A stretch of 63,863 nucleotides of DNA, the filler included, from Globobulimina sp. (taxonomy: Eukaryota), in the NCBI GenBank assembly GCA_003354225.1. It is 25 parts of 25 records of this genome, joined end to end, with 100 filler letters (N's around TTAATTAATTAA, not from the genome) between each part and the next. Parts side by side here need not be neighbours in the genome. Positions count along the whole stretch, not along the records: positions 10,244 to 12,703 come from PIVH01006575.1; positions 12,804 to 15,262 come from PIVH01006576.1; positions 15,363 to 17,821 come from PIVH01006577.1; positions 17,922 to 20,380 come from PIVH01006578.1; positions 20,481 to 22,939 come from PIVH01006579.1; 20 more parts are not named here. One strand, given 5' to 3'. Within the stretch, counting starts at the first letter, position 1. Every line of letters begins with the position of its first letter. This document shows positions 12,657 to 23,039 of the stretch, piece by piece. The notes beneath the pieces are model-generated. The model was not told the origin of the DNA. It made no database searches and was given only the letters and a program-made list of their open reading frames with translations. The translations under genes were made by a program, and so were the position numbers.

Positions 12657-13114
12657 CTATATTGACACAATTTGATATCGATGCGTTTGTTTTATAATAA
12701 AATNNNNNNNNNNNNNNNNNNNNNNNNNNNNNNNNNNNNNNNNNNNNTTAATTAATTAANNNNNNNNNNNNNNNNNNNNNNNNNNNNNNNNNNNNNNNNN
12801 NNNATATTCCCATCAAAATTATAATTTTCTATTAAATTCGACTTAAATCTTGCGATGAGGAAACGAAGGCAAACCTATATTGTTTTTACCTTTATCAGTC
12901 ACCAGAAACGGTTTGCGTATACCTTGCCCCAGTAAAAATCTGACGCTGAAGACCGGATGCTCTTAAATGAATAGGGAAAACAAGGCTTTACAACTTGTGT
13001 TAATTAAAGTCGGGGGCTAGCATCTCTTCTGCATTATATCTTTTGGAATATATCGTTAAGTGGGAAAATTGGAAAATTTAGTAGTTACTTTTTTGACAAA
13101 ACTCTATTTGCAAC

Positions 13115-13474
13115 ATGGGAAATAATCTCGGCGGCTGTGACGCTTCAAATAATTGTTATAGTCCAGGTACTCAGTGTGACTACGAATCTGATTGCTGTTC
13201 GTGTAACTGTGTATATTCACATCTTCAACCTAATGGAGGTAGATCATTCTCATCAATTTATTATTGTGAACCAGCATCAGCATCATCCATTGGTGTAAAA
13301 GCTAACAATTATATTATTCCTCTCACTGCACAGTTTTTGGTGGGATTAATCGTATTTTTTGCGTTAGTGTTTATGGTAATATCCTGCTCTGTACATAATT
13401 GGTGTCAACTCATGAAATCTCGCAAAAAACAACAATCAGAGAAGGATTTTATTGATACTACAAATGTTTCATAA
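13115..13474 (+). CDS. Small single-pass membrane protein with a knottin-like Cys cluster
   Basis: Pattern C-x6-C-x5-CC-x-C-x-C...C, then a TM helix (FLVGLIVFFALVFMVISC) and a basic tail. Confidence 0.65.
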   Translation: MGNNLGGCDASNNCYSPGTQCDYESDCCSCNCVYSHLQPNGGRSFSSIYYCEPASASSIGVKANNYIIPLTAQFLVGLIVFFALVFMVISCSVHNWCQLMKSRKKQQSEKDFIDTTNVS

Positions 13475-13885
13475 TCTACTCAAATTAGATGAAAATTTAT
13501 TACGCAATATCGCGTTGACTTGTTTTTGTGTTATATTTTTAATTATTACTTCATTCATATGTTATTTTTTTGTGATGCCTACAATTAAACATGATCGTAG
13601 TTATACAATTAAACCTTTTCATACTCATCGAATCATTAAATCACTGTCAAATGATTCCACATCGAGTCGAAAAACAAAGTCAGGTCAAAAGTCAGGTTAA
13701 TTTCCAAAGAATTAATTTGATGAAGTCACGAATGGTGTTGACGAAGTGGGGTATGTTAGAACAAATTTCGAGATTTTAATTCGAAGTTTATGTTCTGGTT
13801 CAGCTTTATGCATATTTCTGAGCTTTATAATTTTAGCAATATTTCAAATATTAACTCACAAAAAGCACAACACAATTTGTTCGAT

Positions 13886-14989
13886 TCAAAGCGCTTCGTC
13901 TCCATTCAACTCATATTCTAGAGCCGAATTTATTGCATTTTTATTTCTAACGTTGTCAAATGCATCCACATCATCGCTGTGTTGCTGCCTCGCCGGCAAC
14001 ATATGTTGTTGTGCGTCACCGAGAATGTCCGTCACATTGGCCACATCAAACAATACTCGGTGCGGTGCAACTAACGGCGTGTACCTTGCCTCTGTAAAAT
14101 CATCCACTTTGAAGGCATAACAATGAGCAATCGCAGCAATAAACATTTCCACACAAATCAATATATCTTGCAATCCAGTCGCGATGTTCTCGACAGACCA
14201 CTGAGTTGTCGCTGTAATCAAACCGAGATAAACCAAACCAGCCAACAGCACCGCTTGCCAGTACGTGAAAAAAACCACACCTTTAATGCATAGGAATTTT
14301 GGTATTGGTCTTATTCGAATAAATAACTGATATCCAAGTGATTCGAGCGGCTGTTTTTTCAATGCCAAATAAAATAATACCAAGCAGTAAATGGCCCAGC
14401 TTTGGGACAGTGAGCGGATAAAAGTAATGTATGGATATCCCACACCATAATTAAACTCACCTTCACCGTAGCAATGACAATGCGAGATATGCAAAATAAA
14501 TGTAACCATTGCCGTTAATGCCTCAATCAAACAATATTGTAACACGCCAATGGTTGTATTGCGCAGAAATCCGTTGGATCCGATTCGTCCATCATTGAAA
14601 GACCACTGTTTGCAGCAATAATTAAATGGGAAAATGTGCGGGAATGACCGCATAGGTATCATATACAGTGAATGCTGTACGTTTTCATATCCCCCTAATG
14701 AGCATATCAGTAATTGATAAAAAGAGTATATGACCAATGCCTCATAAGTGTCACGCATTGTATCTAAATATAATGATAACTGTGGAGCAAACAAACCAAA
14801 CCATGACTCGATGCAATATACAATCACCATCAATAATATTCGGATTATATATTTGCGTGTTTGAGGATCATGGTTGTGATAAATGTGATGGTGGATTTGT
14901 ATACTGCATAAAATGCAGGCTGATGCTGCAAAGCCAAAGGCAACGTAATCTGCCCAAACATGCAGCTCAATTTGGAGAAACTCTGGCAT
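13886..14989 (-). CDS. TMEM184: TMEM184/OSTalpha family membrane protein
   Basis: IIRILLMV, RDTYEALVIYSF, GVLQY, PKFLCIKGVVFFTYWQ, LQDILICVEMFIAAIAHCYAF. Confidence 0.92.
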   Translation of the reverse strand: MPEFLQIELHVWADYVAFGFAASACILCSIQIHHHIYHNHDPQTRKYIIRILLMVIVYCIESWFGLFAPQLSLYLDTMRDTYEALVIYSFYQLLICSLGGYENVQHSLYMIPMRSFPHIFPFNYCCKQWSFNDGRIGSNGFLRNTTIGVLQYCLIEALTAMVTFILHISHCHCYGEGEFNYGVGYPYITFIRSLSQSWAIYCLVLFYLALKKQPLESLGYQLFIRIRPIPKFLCIKGVVFFTYWQAVLLAGLVYLGLITATTQWSVENIATGLQDILICVEMFIAAIAHCYAFKVDDFTEARYTPLVAPHRVLFDVANVTDILGDAQQHMLPARQQHSDDVDAFDNVRNKNAINSALEYELNGDEAL

Positions 14990-15036
14990 TAATAAGTTGA
15001 AAACTTGTCAGTCAAAACCCGCAGTGTGAATTGAAG

Positions 15037-15262
15037 ATGGCAGCCACATTTTTATTGTCATTTATATTGTTTAGAGAAGTGATATGTGGGCAAGATTTCA
15101 AACCTGGTCGATTCCATTTGATCAACCATAACAGAGATAACTGGATATTCAGAGGTAATTCGCCAGTCATTAATGGCACATTTGCTTATGAAACGTTGGT
15201 GGAATATATGAATATCAGGGCAAATGAATCTAATTTAACATTTCCTGCACATTTTTATTTTG
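15037..15262 (+). CDS. Signal-peptide protein N-terminus, possibly a secreted tyrosine-phosphatase-like family member (truncated)
   Basis: Signal peptide MAATFLLSFILFREVICG, then RFHLI..NWIFRGNSP..FAYETL. The catalytic motif is not within the contig. Confidence 0.45.
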
Positions 15263-15364
15263 NNNNNNNNNNNNNNNNNNNNNNNNNNNNNNNNNNNNNN
15301 NNNNNNTTAATTAATTAANNNNNNNNNNNNNNNNNNNNNNNNNNNNNNNNNNNNNNNNNNNNTA

Positions 15365-15622
15365 AGTGTAAGAGGCGGTGGGAGAAAAAAGAAAAAAAAG
15401 AATTATACCACCGCCAAGAAAGCAAAACATAAACGAAAGAAGGTGCCATTGGCCATATTAAAATATTACAATGTCGACGATGATGGAAATATTAAGAGAT
15501 TGAGGAAAACATGCAACGAAGATATGTGTGGTCCGGGCGTTAGAATGGCGACTCACTATGATCGGTTTTATTGTGGTAAATGCCATTTAACTGTTCCTAT
15601 CAAGAAAGCAGCCGCTCAATAA
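15365..15622 (+). CDS. RPS27A: 40S ribosomal protein S27a/eS31 with the end of its ubiquitin-like partner (5' truncated; absent from the ORF track)
   Basis: Own translation: [76 protein letters not shown]...*. Confidence 0.95.
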   Translation, partial: SVRGGGRKKKKKNYTTAKKAKHKRKKVPLAILKYYNVDDDGNIKRLRKTCNEDMCGPGVRMATHYDRFYCGKCHLTVPIKKAAAQ

Positions 15623-15913
15623 ACAAAACAATGCAAAAGAATCTGCGATCAAAGATTCATCAAAAAATCTCTTAAATTTAGACTCTAATTCTTGCAGTTC
15701 TTATCAGCAATGTTCTGTGCAAGGATTGACATAGAAAATAATTTACTCGGCATCCTTGCACTTAAATTCAATCTTATGTTGACATACAATCAAAGGTCCG
15801 GAAACGATTTGGCACGTTTCTCTCAAATCCGACAAACTAAATGAGATAATATGTGCAAGGTTATTAGAAAACCCTTACTAAAAAAACAACTTTTTGAGTC
15901 AACTGTGTTGTTC

Positions 15914-17569
15914 ATGGCAGCTCTGTCATTTTGGGAACCCGTAAAGTTCAAAGAAAATGTGTCTTCTCTGCAATCATCTAAACAAATGCTCAAATCTTCG
16001 TCAGATATCGATGAAAATATGCATCCTCATTCCACAAAGTCTCACTCACCAAAATCACCTAAAATGCCAAAATCACACTCAATTAAAATACGCAAATCGA
16101 AAAGGAATAAACAAATGCAGATAACACCTCAGTATTTACAGTCTCTCGGCATCCCGATATTTGAGGATGACATCTATGACAATGGCTATCTATACAATTG
16201 CAACAAGAATAACAATGCAAAGAGTCGTAACCACCCATTCAATGCATCGATATCATACGATTCGGATTCATCCCACAATAACAATATGAATAATGCTGCA
16301 ACATATCGTTCAAAACGAATAAAAACAGAAAGAAACAACGAGATAAAAAACAATGTGAAGGAGAATGAGAGTGAGAGTGAGAGTGAAAGCGACTCATTTT
16401 ACCATTCAGATTGTAACGATTCCATTCCTTTTACCATAAACACGTCGCACATTCGTACTACTCCAATCTCGAAACAATTGATCAAAAAAATAAAATCCTT
16501 CTCGCCACATAGCACTGACAACCATTCTATCCATACACCCACAAATCACACAAATGCAAATTGCAACACCCATTATATTACCAATAATAAGCTCAATTAT
16601 AAGACGCGTTTTATTAATTTGGATTATTACTCAAATAATAAACGAAAGAGAGGTCGGCCAAAAGGCTCCAAAAAAACGAAAAAAATAAATATTTCAGATT
16701 TGGACCCATTAACAAAATTATTTTTCGACTTCACCAAACAAGTTACTTTTGACCTAATAAAGCATAAAAAGGGACATTTTTTCACCGAATTGACCTTGAA
16801 CGACTTCACTAAGTTCGAGTGGAACGATGTGATAAAACAAATCGTCGATTTGGACACTGTCAATACGCAGCTATGCAATGGACATTATTTCAATGACGCG
16901 ACTTATTTAATTTCCTCCTTCAAACAGTGGAAGAGTGACATTAAGACTGTATTTGAGAATTTTGCCATTATTTATGGGCCCAAATCGTGCAAAACAAAGA
17001 GCCACAAAAATAACAGACAAATCTATAATAATTGTTATGTAATGTTGTGCTATTTCAATGACAAATTGATGGAAAAACAAAAGTGTATGAAAAAAATGAT
17101 GAAAAAAACAGAGGAATGGAGCAAAAATAAGAATGGCAAATATTGTCAATATTTGGGCGACCGCGACGAGATTTTGTCTATGATTTATGACTCGGAGATG
17201 GATAATTGTCGGTTGCGAGATATTCAGTGTATGGATTTTGTGTTGATTTGCCCCAAAAGGAGGCTCCAATTAAAATATGGGAAGTTTAACAAGAAACAAA
17301 TGGACGTGTTGCCTATAAAAACATTGTGTAAGTTAGCCCGAAGAGGCTGTAATAGGAATAATCGGAAGGGAGTGAGTGGCGTTGCTTTGAGGGAACAGAA
17401 GAAATATTTCTGGGCTCAATACTTGCATTCAAAGCATAGTTTGCAAATTGCGAGGAAAAAATTCAAGTGTAATAAAAATAAAAATAATAATCATCATCAT
17501 GACTTACATGCATATGACTTACAACTACATACTGATGATGATGGTGATATTGATATTAATATCAATTAA
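15914..17569 (+). CDS. AT-hook plus divergent bromodomain chromatin protein
   Basis: AT-hook KRKRGRPKGSKK, then HFFTEL..WNDVIKQIVDLDTVNTQLCNGHY..WKSDIKTVFENFAIIYG, which aligns by eye to the bromodomain ZA/A/B helices. The start is uncertain (15851 or 15914). Confidence 0.65.
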   Translation: MAALSFWEPVKFKENVSSLQSSKQMLKSSSDIDENMHPHSTKSHSPKSPKMPKSHSIKIRKSKRNKQMQITPQYLQSLGIPIFEDDIYDNGYLYNCNKNNNAKSRNHPFNASISYDSDSSHNNNMNNAATYRSKRIKTERNNEIKNNVKENESESESESDSFYHSDCNDSIPFTINTSHIRTTPISKQLIKKIKSFSPHSTDNHSIHTPTNHTNANCNTHYITNNKLNYKTRFINLDYYSNNKRKRGRPKGSKKTKKINISDLDPLTKLFFDFTKQVTFDLIKHKKGHFFTELTLNDFTKFEWNDVIKQIVDLDTVNTQLCNGHYFNDATYLISSFKQWKSDIKTVFENFAIIYGPKSCKTKSHKNNRQIYNNCYVMLCYFNDKLMEKQKCMKKMMKKTEEWSKNKNGKYCQYLGDRDEILSMIYDSEMDNCRLRDIQCMDFVLICPKRRLQLKYGKFNKKQMDVLPIKTLCKLARRGCNRNNRKGVSGVALREQKKYFWAQYLHSKHSLQIARKKFKCNKNKNNNHHHDLHAYDLQLHTDDDGDIDININ

Positions 17570-17950
17570 GTGATATTTCAAATTGTAGAACTTTCTCTGA
17601 AATGTTGCATCGCCTTAATTTGTTATTTTTTATTTTTTTTTTTGTTTCGGATTAATCGTGTATAAAAATTAAAAAAACGCTATAATTACATAATGATATT
17701 GATTGTAAGATAACTAGTTAATTATAAACAGATACAGTATAGTATGACAAGTGTGTACATGTTTCAATAAGTTTTTGGCATTTATCTTGTAATCTACTTG
17801 CTTAACTGGAAATCTTTTAGTNNNNNNNNNNNNNNNNNNNNNNNNNNNNNNNNNNNNNNNNNNNNTTAATTAATTAANNNNNNNNNNNNNNNNNNNNNNN
17901 NNNNNNNNNNNNNNNNNNNNNTACAGTAGTGTTCCGGATAAGAGGTACGC

Positions 17951-18040
17951 ATATTAGTACTAAAATATATATTTTATCTAATCATATATTTTGTAAATGG
18001 TGGAGCTGTCAAGGGCTAATATATATTTTAGTACTAATAT
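17951..18040. repeat. Perfect 23-bp inverted repeat, probably a MITE remnant
   Basis: atattagtactaaaatatatatt (17951-17973) and aatatatattttagtactaatat (18018-18040). The contig starts TA-CAGTAGTG, resembling a pogo/Tc1 terminus. Confidence 0.7.
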
Positions 18041-18145
18041 ATACTAATATATAATATATAATATTCGCAGACAAATCATACTTTGACTTGTTTGCATGTC
18101 TTTGTATATTTTAAACATTTACCATTAATATATAATTTACAACAG

Positions 18146-18568
18146 ATCGGAGATGATTATGCAATACACACAAGTATAAAAATGGAGAATGAGGATGCTT
18201 TTCATGGAACAGGTTTAGAGATTGCATCTGGTTTAGTAGTTGAAAAATTAATGAGTGACTTATCAATATTAACATCGATGGATAATATCCCATTTCCAAA
18301 AGCTGCTTTTATTGCCTTTCACGGTGATGATAATTTTGATATTTCAGGTCTTTATTGGCATAAAACAGGACAGAATATCGATGAATTTATCGAGAAACAA
18401 TATAATCCGATCAATGGAGAGGATATTTTCATTGCAATTAGCGATTTTAATCCGTCTGGTGGAGGTTTTATGGAGGACGTATTGATAAATGGTAATGAAA
18501 ATTTGCAGAGGAATTTTGATATAGAAAATCCGCTACAAAATGAAGAGTATTGTCCCTTCCCTTTTTAA
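18146..18568 (+). CDS. Terminal exon of a hypothetical protein
   Basis: Open frame after an acaacAG acceptor, with globular composition. No family recognised. Confidence 0.5.
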   Translation: MGDDYAIHTSIKMENEDAFHGTGLEIASGLVVEKLMSDLSILTSMDNIPFPKAAFIAFHGDDNFDISGLYWHKTGQNIDEFIEKQYNPINGEDIFIAISDFNPSGGGFMEDVLINGNENLQRNFDIENPLQNEEYCPFPF

Positions 18569-18814
18569 TAATTATTATCATAAATTATGTACAAATTTAC
18601 CCTTATAAATATTGGCAATTTGCTTTTTTTTCAACTTACTCAAAAAAACACTAAACTTAGAATAATAAATTCACATTTGGCTAAACATTTAGTAATTTAC
18701 CCCCAAACCGTAAAATATGGTCAATATTTAAACTAAAACACAAAAAGGACAATAATGTAGAGAGAGACACAAAAATCTTTAATAAGCGGAGCCAATCAAA
18801 TTTTATGATAATAG

Positions 18815-20380
18815 TCATTTATTGGATTTTTTTGATGTGATTTTTTGTAATAATTGCTGTGTATATTTGCACATTTTTTTTAAATCCTTTTTATTTGAAT
18901 TATGCAGTTGATTTAATTTAAAAATATTTCTATTTCCAATTTTATCTTTATATAAAACAAATTTATCCATAATCATTATTTGCGATTTATCGGTAAAATT
19001 AACTTGAACCATGTTATTGGATAATTTAAATAGAATACAATAATGATCACAAATATATGTTTTTAAATAAATATTATGATTATTACCGTTTATATTCTTC
19101 TTCAATGTATTTAATTGTTGCCTTATTTCGTCCTTTTCCTTCTCTTTTTTGTCATCGTCGCATTTCCATAAATAATCTGCGAAATGTTTTAAAAGCGTCA
19201 ATTTTTTCTTTAAGCAATTTGGATAATTCACCATTGTGCAATTTTGCTTTATTTCGCCATTATTCACATAAACTACATTTTCCTTATTTGGATGTAATAA
19301 GATTTTCGTTGAATCATTAAAAAAAATTCCAGTCGATCCATTTGATAAAATATAACCAAATCCATACTTTTTTGTATAATCAACGTATTTAATTATCGAT
19401 ATAAAATCTGATATTTGCAAATCTTTTCCATGCTCATTCACAATTTCATTCTCCATTTGATTTTGATTTGGTTGCAATCCGAGTTTTTTATTTATCTGTT
19501 TGGAATTCATTATGTTTATATCATTATATTTCATATGTTGATGTTGATGATAATTATAATTATTTACTCTTTTATAACCAGTTGAAATTAACGGTGCTCT
19601 TTTCTTACTATTCTGACTCTGAATATGTTGATTATTATTTTTATTTTCTTCTTTCTGTAAACCGATAGGAAATAATTCTTTATTTGTGGGTGCTCTCTTT
19701 AATATTATTTGTGGTAAACGTTGCGGAATCGGCTGGTTCTTAAAAAAAGAATGACTTCCAATTTGTTTTAAGTTGGGTCGTTTGGAGGGTTCTTTTGTGA
19801 ATATTTTGGAAATTAAATCTTTGGCCTCCACTGGGATATATTTATCAGAATTGAGCGGAAACTCATATTTGATTCTTTTGATTCTCCGATAGGTTTCCTT
19901 AATGTTTTTCGTCTCAAAGGGAGGTTTTCCAGTTAACAACGTAAACATAATCACGCCAATCGACCAATAATCCACTTCATACGAATGCCCTTCGCCAGAT
20001 CTGCGCTGATTTAATATCTCCGGCGCAGTGTAATTCGGTGTGCCACATATTGTGGTCTTGCGCTCTGAGTCAAATTCTAATTTTGCTGCCAAGCCAAAGT
20101 CGCAAATCTTGAGAGTCAAATCTTTGCTCAACAAAATGTTTCCTATTGTGCCAATTTGTCATTTTTAATTCCGATAAAATATACAAATTAAATATACAAA
20201 ATGTAGACAAACCTAATTTTAAATCTCTGTGTATAATGGAACGAGTATGTAAATAGTTGATGGCGGTTAAAATCTGAAGCATGAAATATCTGACTTCGTG
20301 TTGAGTTAATTTTGATCTTCTTATTGATAATTCCATTAATGATTTATTGGAACAACATTCTAATAAAATATAAACATTGG
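18815..20380 (-). CDS. PLK: Polo-like kinase (5' truncated), intron 20143-20212
   Basis: HRDLKLG|NILL, DFGLA, TICGTPNY.APE, GHSYEVD, GKPPFET, and polo boxes KYVDYTKKYGFGY..G.FFND and VQVNFTDKSQI. Confidence 0.95.
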
Positions 20381-20561
20381 NNNNNNNNNNNNNNNNNNNN
20401 NNNNNNNNNNNNNNNNNNNNNNNNTTAATTAATTAANNNNNNNNNNNNNNNNNNNNNNNNNNNNNNNNNNNNNNNNNNNNCTGCACCCAGACCTTTTGGC
20501 AGCTACATCGGAGGGCGAGAAATGGGTGACATAAACTGGACCCGGAAGCTATGGTTCACTG

Positions 20562-20777
20562 TTAGCATGCCCTAACCACCGGATGGAATTAGAAAAATAT
20601 CACATGGTGAAAAATAATAGTATAAAATCATGTGCATTTCTGAATCATACAGGCAAAGGAAATGGAGAAAGACCATTAAATTTATATGTTTGTAAAGAAA
20701 TATACAGAAAAACTGGCTATGTAATTCCATTTGGCGGCAATGTGTGTCAAACATGCAGAAAAAAGAAGACAAAAGAA
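20562..20777 (+). pseudogene. Cys/His-rich exon fragment, probably from a DNA-transposon protein
   Basis: CPNHRMEL...CAFLNH...ERPL...GYVIPFGGNVCQTCRK. There is an in-frame TAA at 20532, and a GT donor at 20778 is followed within 10 bp by a MITE. Confidence 0.4.
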
Positions 20778-20786
20778 GTATGTATA

Positions 20787-21314
20787 GAGAGTGTCTCAAG
20801 TAATATGTGACCCAAAGCAAAGTTTACAACTTGCCCAATATTCAACCGATTTGGCTAAGATTTTACCTGGAATTTGTCCAAAACAACAAATGTTTTATAT
20901 TAAAATATCAGACCTATTTCTTAAGTATTTCCGGAGTTATGTGAGATTTCCGTTTTTTACATTTTTGACTTGTTCGCAAATTTCACAAAACGACAATTCC
21001 CAAATCTTTAACAACTCTTGATGAAATAAACGTTTCGGGTTAAAACTTGAAAGCCCATGACATCTTTTTACTAGGAATCGATTGGCAGTTTCTGTTTTGT
21101 GCCAAAAACGGTTTTTGATGCCAATTTACATAGGAAAAGTTGAAAAATTCGAAATTTCGCATAACTTCAGAATTGCTTAAGCAATCGGTCTGATAATTTA
21201 ACACAAAAAACTTGTTGTTTCGGACAAGTTCCCGTTAAAATCTTAGCCAAATTGGTTGAATATTGGGCAAGTTATAAACTTTGCTTTGGGTCACATATTA
21301 CTTGAGACACCCTG
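20787..21314. mobile_element. Tc1/mariner-type MITE (528 bp) with long TIRs and TA target duplication
   Basis: Left TA|gagagtgtctcaagtaatatgtgacccaaagcaaag... and right ...ctttgctttgggtcacatattacttgagacaccctg|TA. Inverted similarity extends roughly 170 bp. No transposase ORF. Confidence 0.88.
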
Positions 21315-22790
21315 TATATCCCTACTACACTTTGTGTGCTAACCTGGAAACATATATGGTTCTTGGTACTGTCGGCCAGGTGAACCCTAACCTAGGTTCA
21401 GGTATTGTAGAGGTTCTTTTGGCCTAATCTGAAACTGAGCATAAATTACTTCATTTCCAAGTTTCGAGATTGCGAAAATTTCGAAAACTATTCATTTTTG
21501 ATGCCATTGATATTCGTGTCAATGTGGATCACACACCTATATCTTCTCGACTGTGATCAAATTATTATGCTAATATAAATTGACACTTGCCATAACCATC
21601 CCTAATCGATGTTACATAATTAGGCTAGATAATAGATACATTTCAGGCTAAATGATTTTTTCCATATAAAGTTCATACTTAGCTTAAAAATTGCATATTT
21701 TACAAATTCGCATATCAAATTTTTATTTTCTTGTTTTTTCTTGAAAAAAGTCAAATTGTTAGTAAATTTTTTGATTTTCTATCAACAATTATGCTGGATG
21801 TTGCGCATTTTTTGGCGATCGCGAAATTTTTGAGCCATACACATAATTATTTTTTCAGTTTTCATCTCAAAAATTTGAATTTCAGATTTTGAAATAACTT
21901 TATAGCATAGGTATGGTTGCTCGGCGGGCCCAGGGGGGTGGAACCTGTTTGAGACCCAATCTATGACTCCATTCTATGACTACTCATTACTGTTATACAG
22001 TGGCCACAATTCTTTCCTGCTAAGATATTTTAGCAGTTTCTGCAACTATTTCTTGAAAAACTAAAATTAAAACTAAAATAAAAAAAGTTCTCATAGTGGG
22101 GGTTGAACCTTCCCAACTCTTTCAGGCGTTGAATGGGACCGTTATACAACCTTATGAACTATAACTGATCTGATAATGAGGAAATAAATAATTCTGATTG
22201 GTTAATATTCATTAGAGAAATTTTCGATATTTTGAATTTTTACAAAATTCATATGGTCATTATTCCACAGTTTGCCCAGGTACCACGGATGTTAGAACTG
22301 TTTTGAGAATTATGGGTAAGTGGGTGTTCGTGGTAAAAATTTTAGTTCAAATATCCAGAATGAGCAGGATTACTAGCCTCCTAAACATGGCACACACAGC
22401 AGATTTCGAAAAAAGTTGATTTTGTGCTAATTTTGCGCACGTGTAAATTTGTAGCAAATCGGTGTCTGGTATTGAACTTTTTGTCAGAGATACTCCTTAG
22501 TCAGTTCTTTCGATTGGTTTTTTAATTAAAATCCTAGCTTCTTTGCTGACGGAGTTATGCCCATTTCAAGAACGGAAAGTTTTTGGTCAATTTTTGACAA
22601 AATTGACCAAAAACTTCCGGACGCCACTGTGCGCCAACCAATGAGAGTTGGACAAAATGCTTTTTGGGTTATTGTACAAGTATAATGTTGGTCAAGATGA
22701 GATACAAATTACTAGAATCTGGGAATGGCCATGGTAACATGCCTGCCCGGTTTTTACTGACAATGACAATTAAACCGTAGTCAATGTCAT

Positions 22791-22939
22791 GACCATTTGC
22801 GTTTCGAGACTCATTAATGTTTTACTACCCTGAATAAGGCAAGTATTACGGTATTCTAAACAAATTTTCATTTGAATACTGTAGTACTTGCCTTATTCAG
22901 GGTAGTAAAACACTAGTGAGTCTCGAAACGCAAATGGTC
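22791..22939. mobile_element. Fold-back element/MITE, about 66-bp arms
   Basis: gaccatttgcgtttcgagactca...aaggcaagtattacggtattc pairs with gaatactgtagtacttgcctt...tgagtctcgaaacgcaaatggtc, with a few transitions. Confidence 0.8.
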
Positions 22940-23039
22940 NNNNNNNNNNNNNNNNNNNNNNNNNNNNNNNNNNNNNNNNNNNNTTAATTAATTAANNNNN
23001 NNNNNNNNNNNNNNNNNNNNNNNNNNNNNNNNNNNNNNN

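Noticed and set aside
13452..13885. Same-frame hydrophobic ORF pieces after the knottin-like gene
   Set aside because: Two in-frame stops, no start or splice support and no family motif. At best a decayed membrane-protein remnant.
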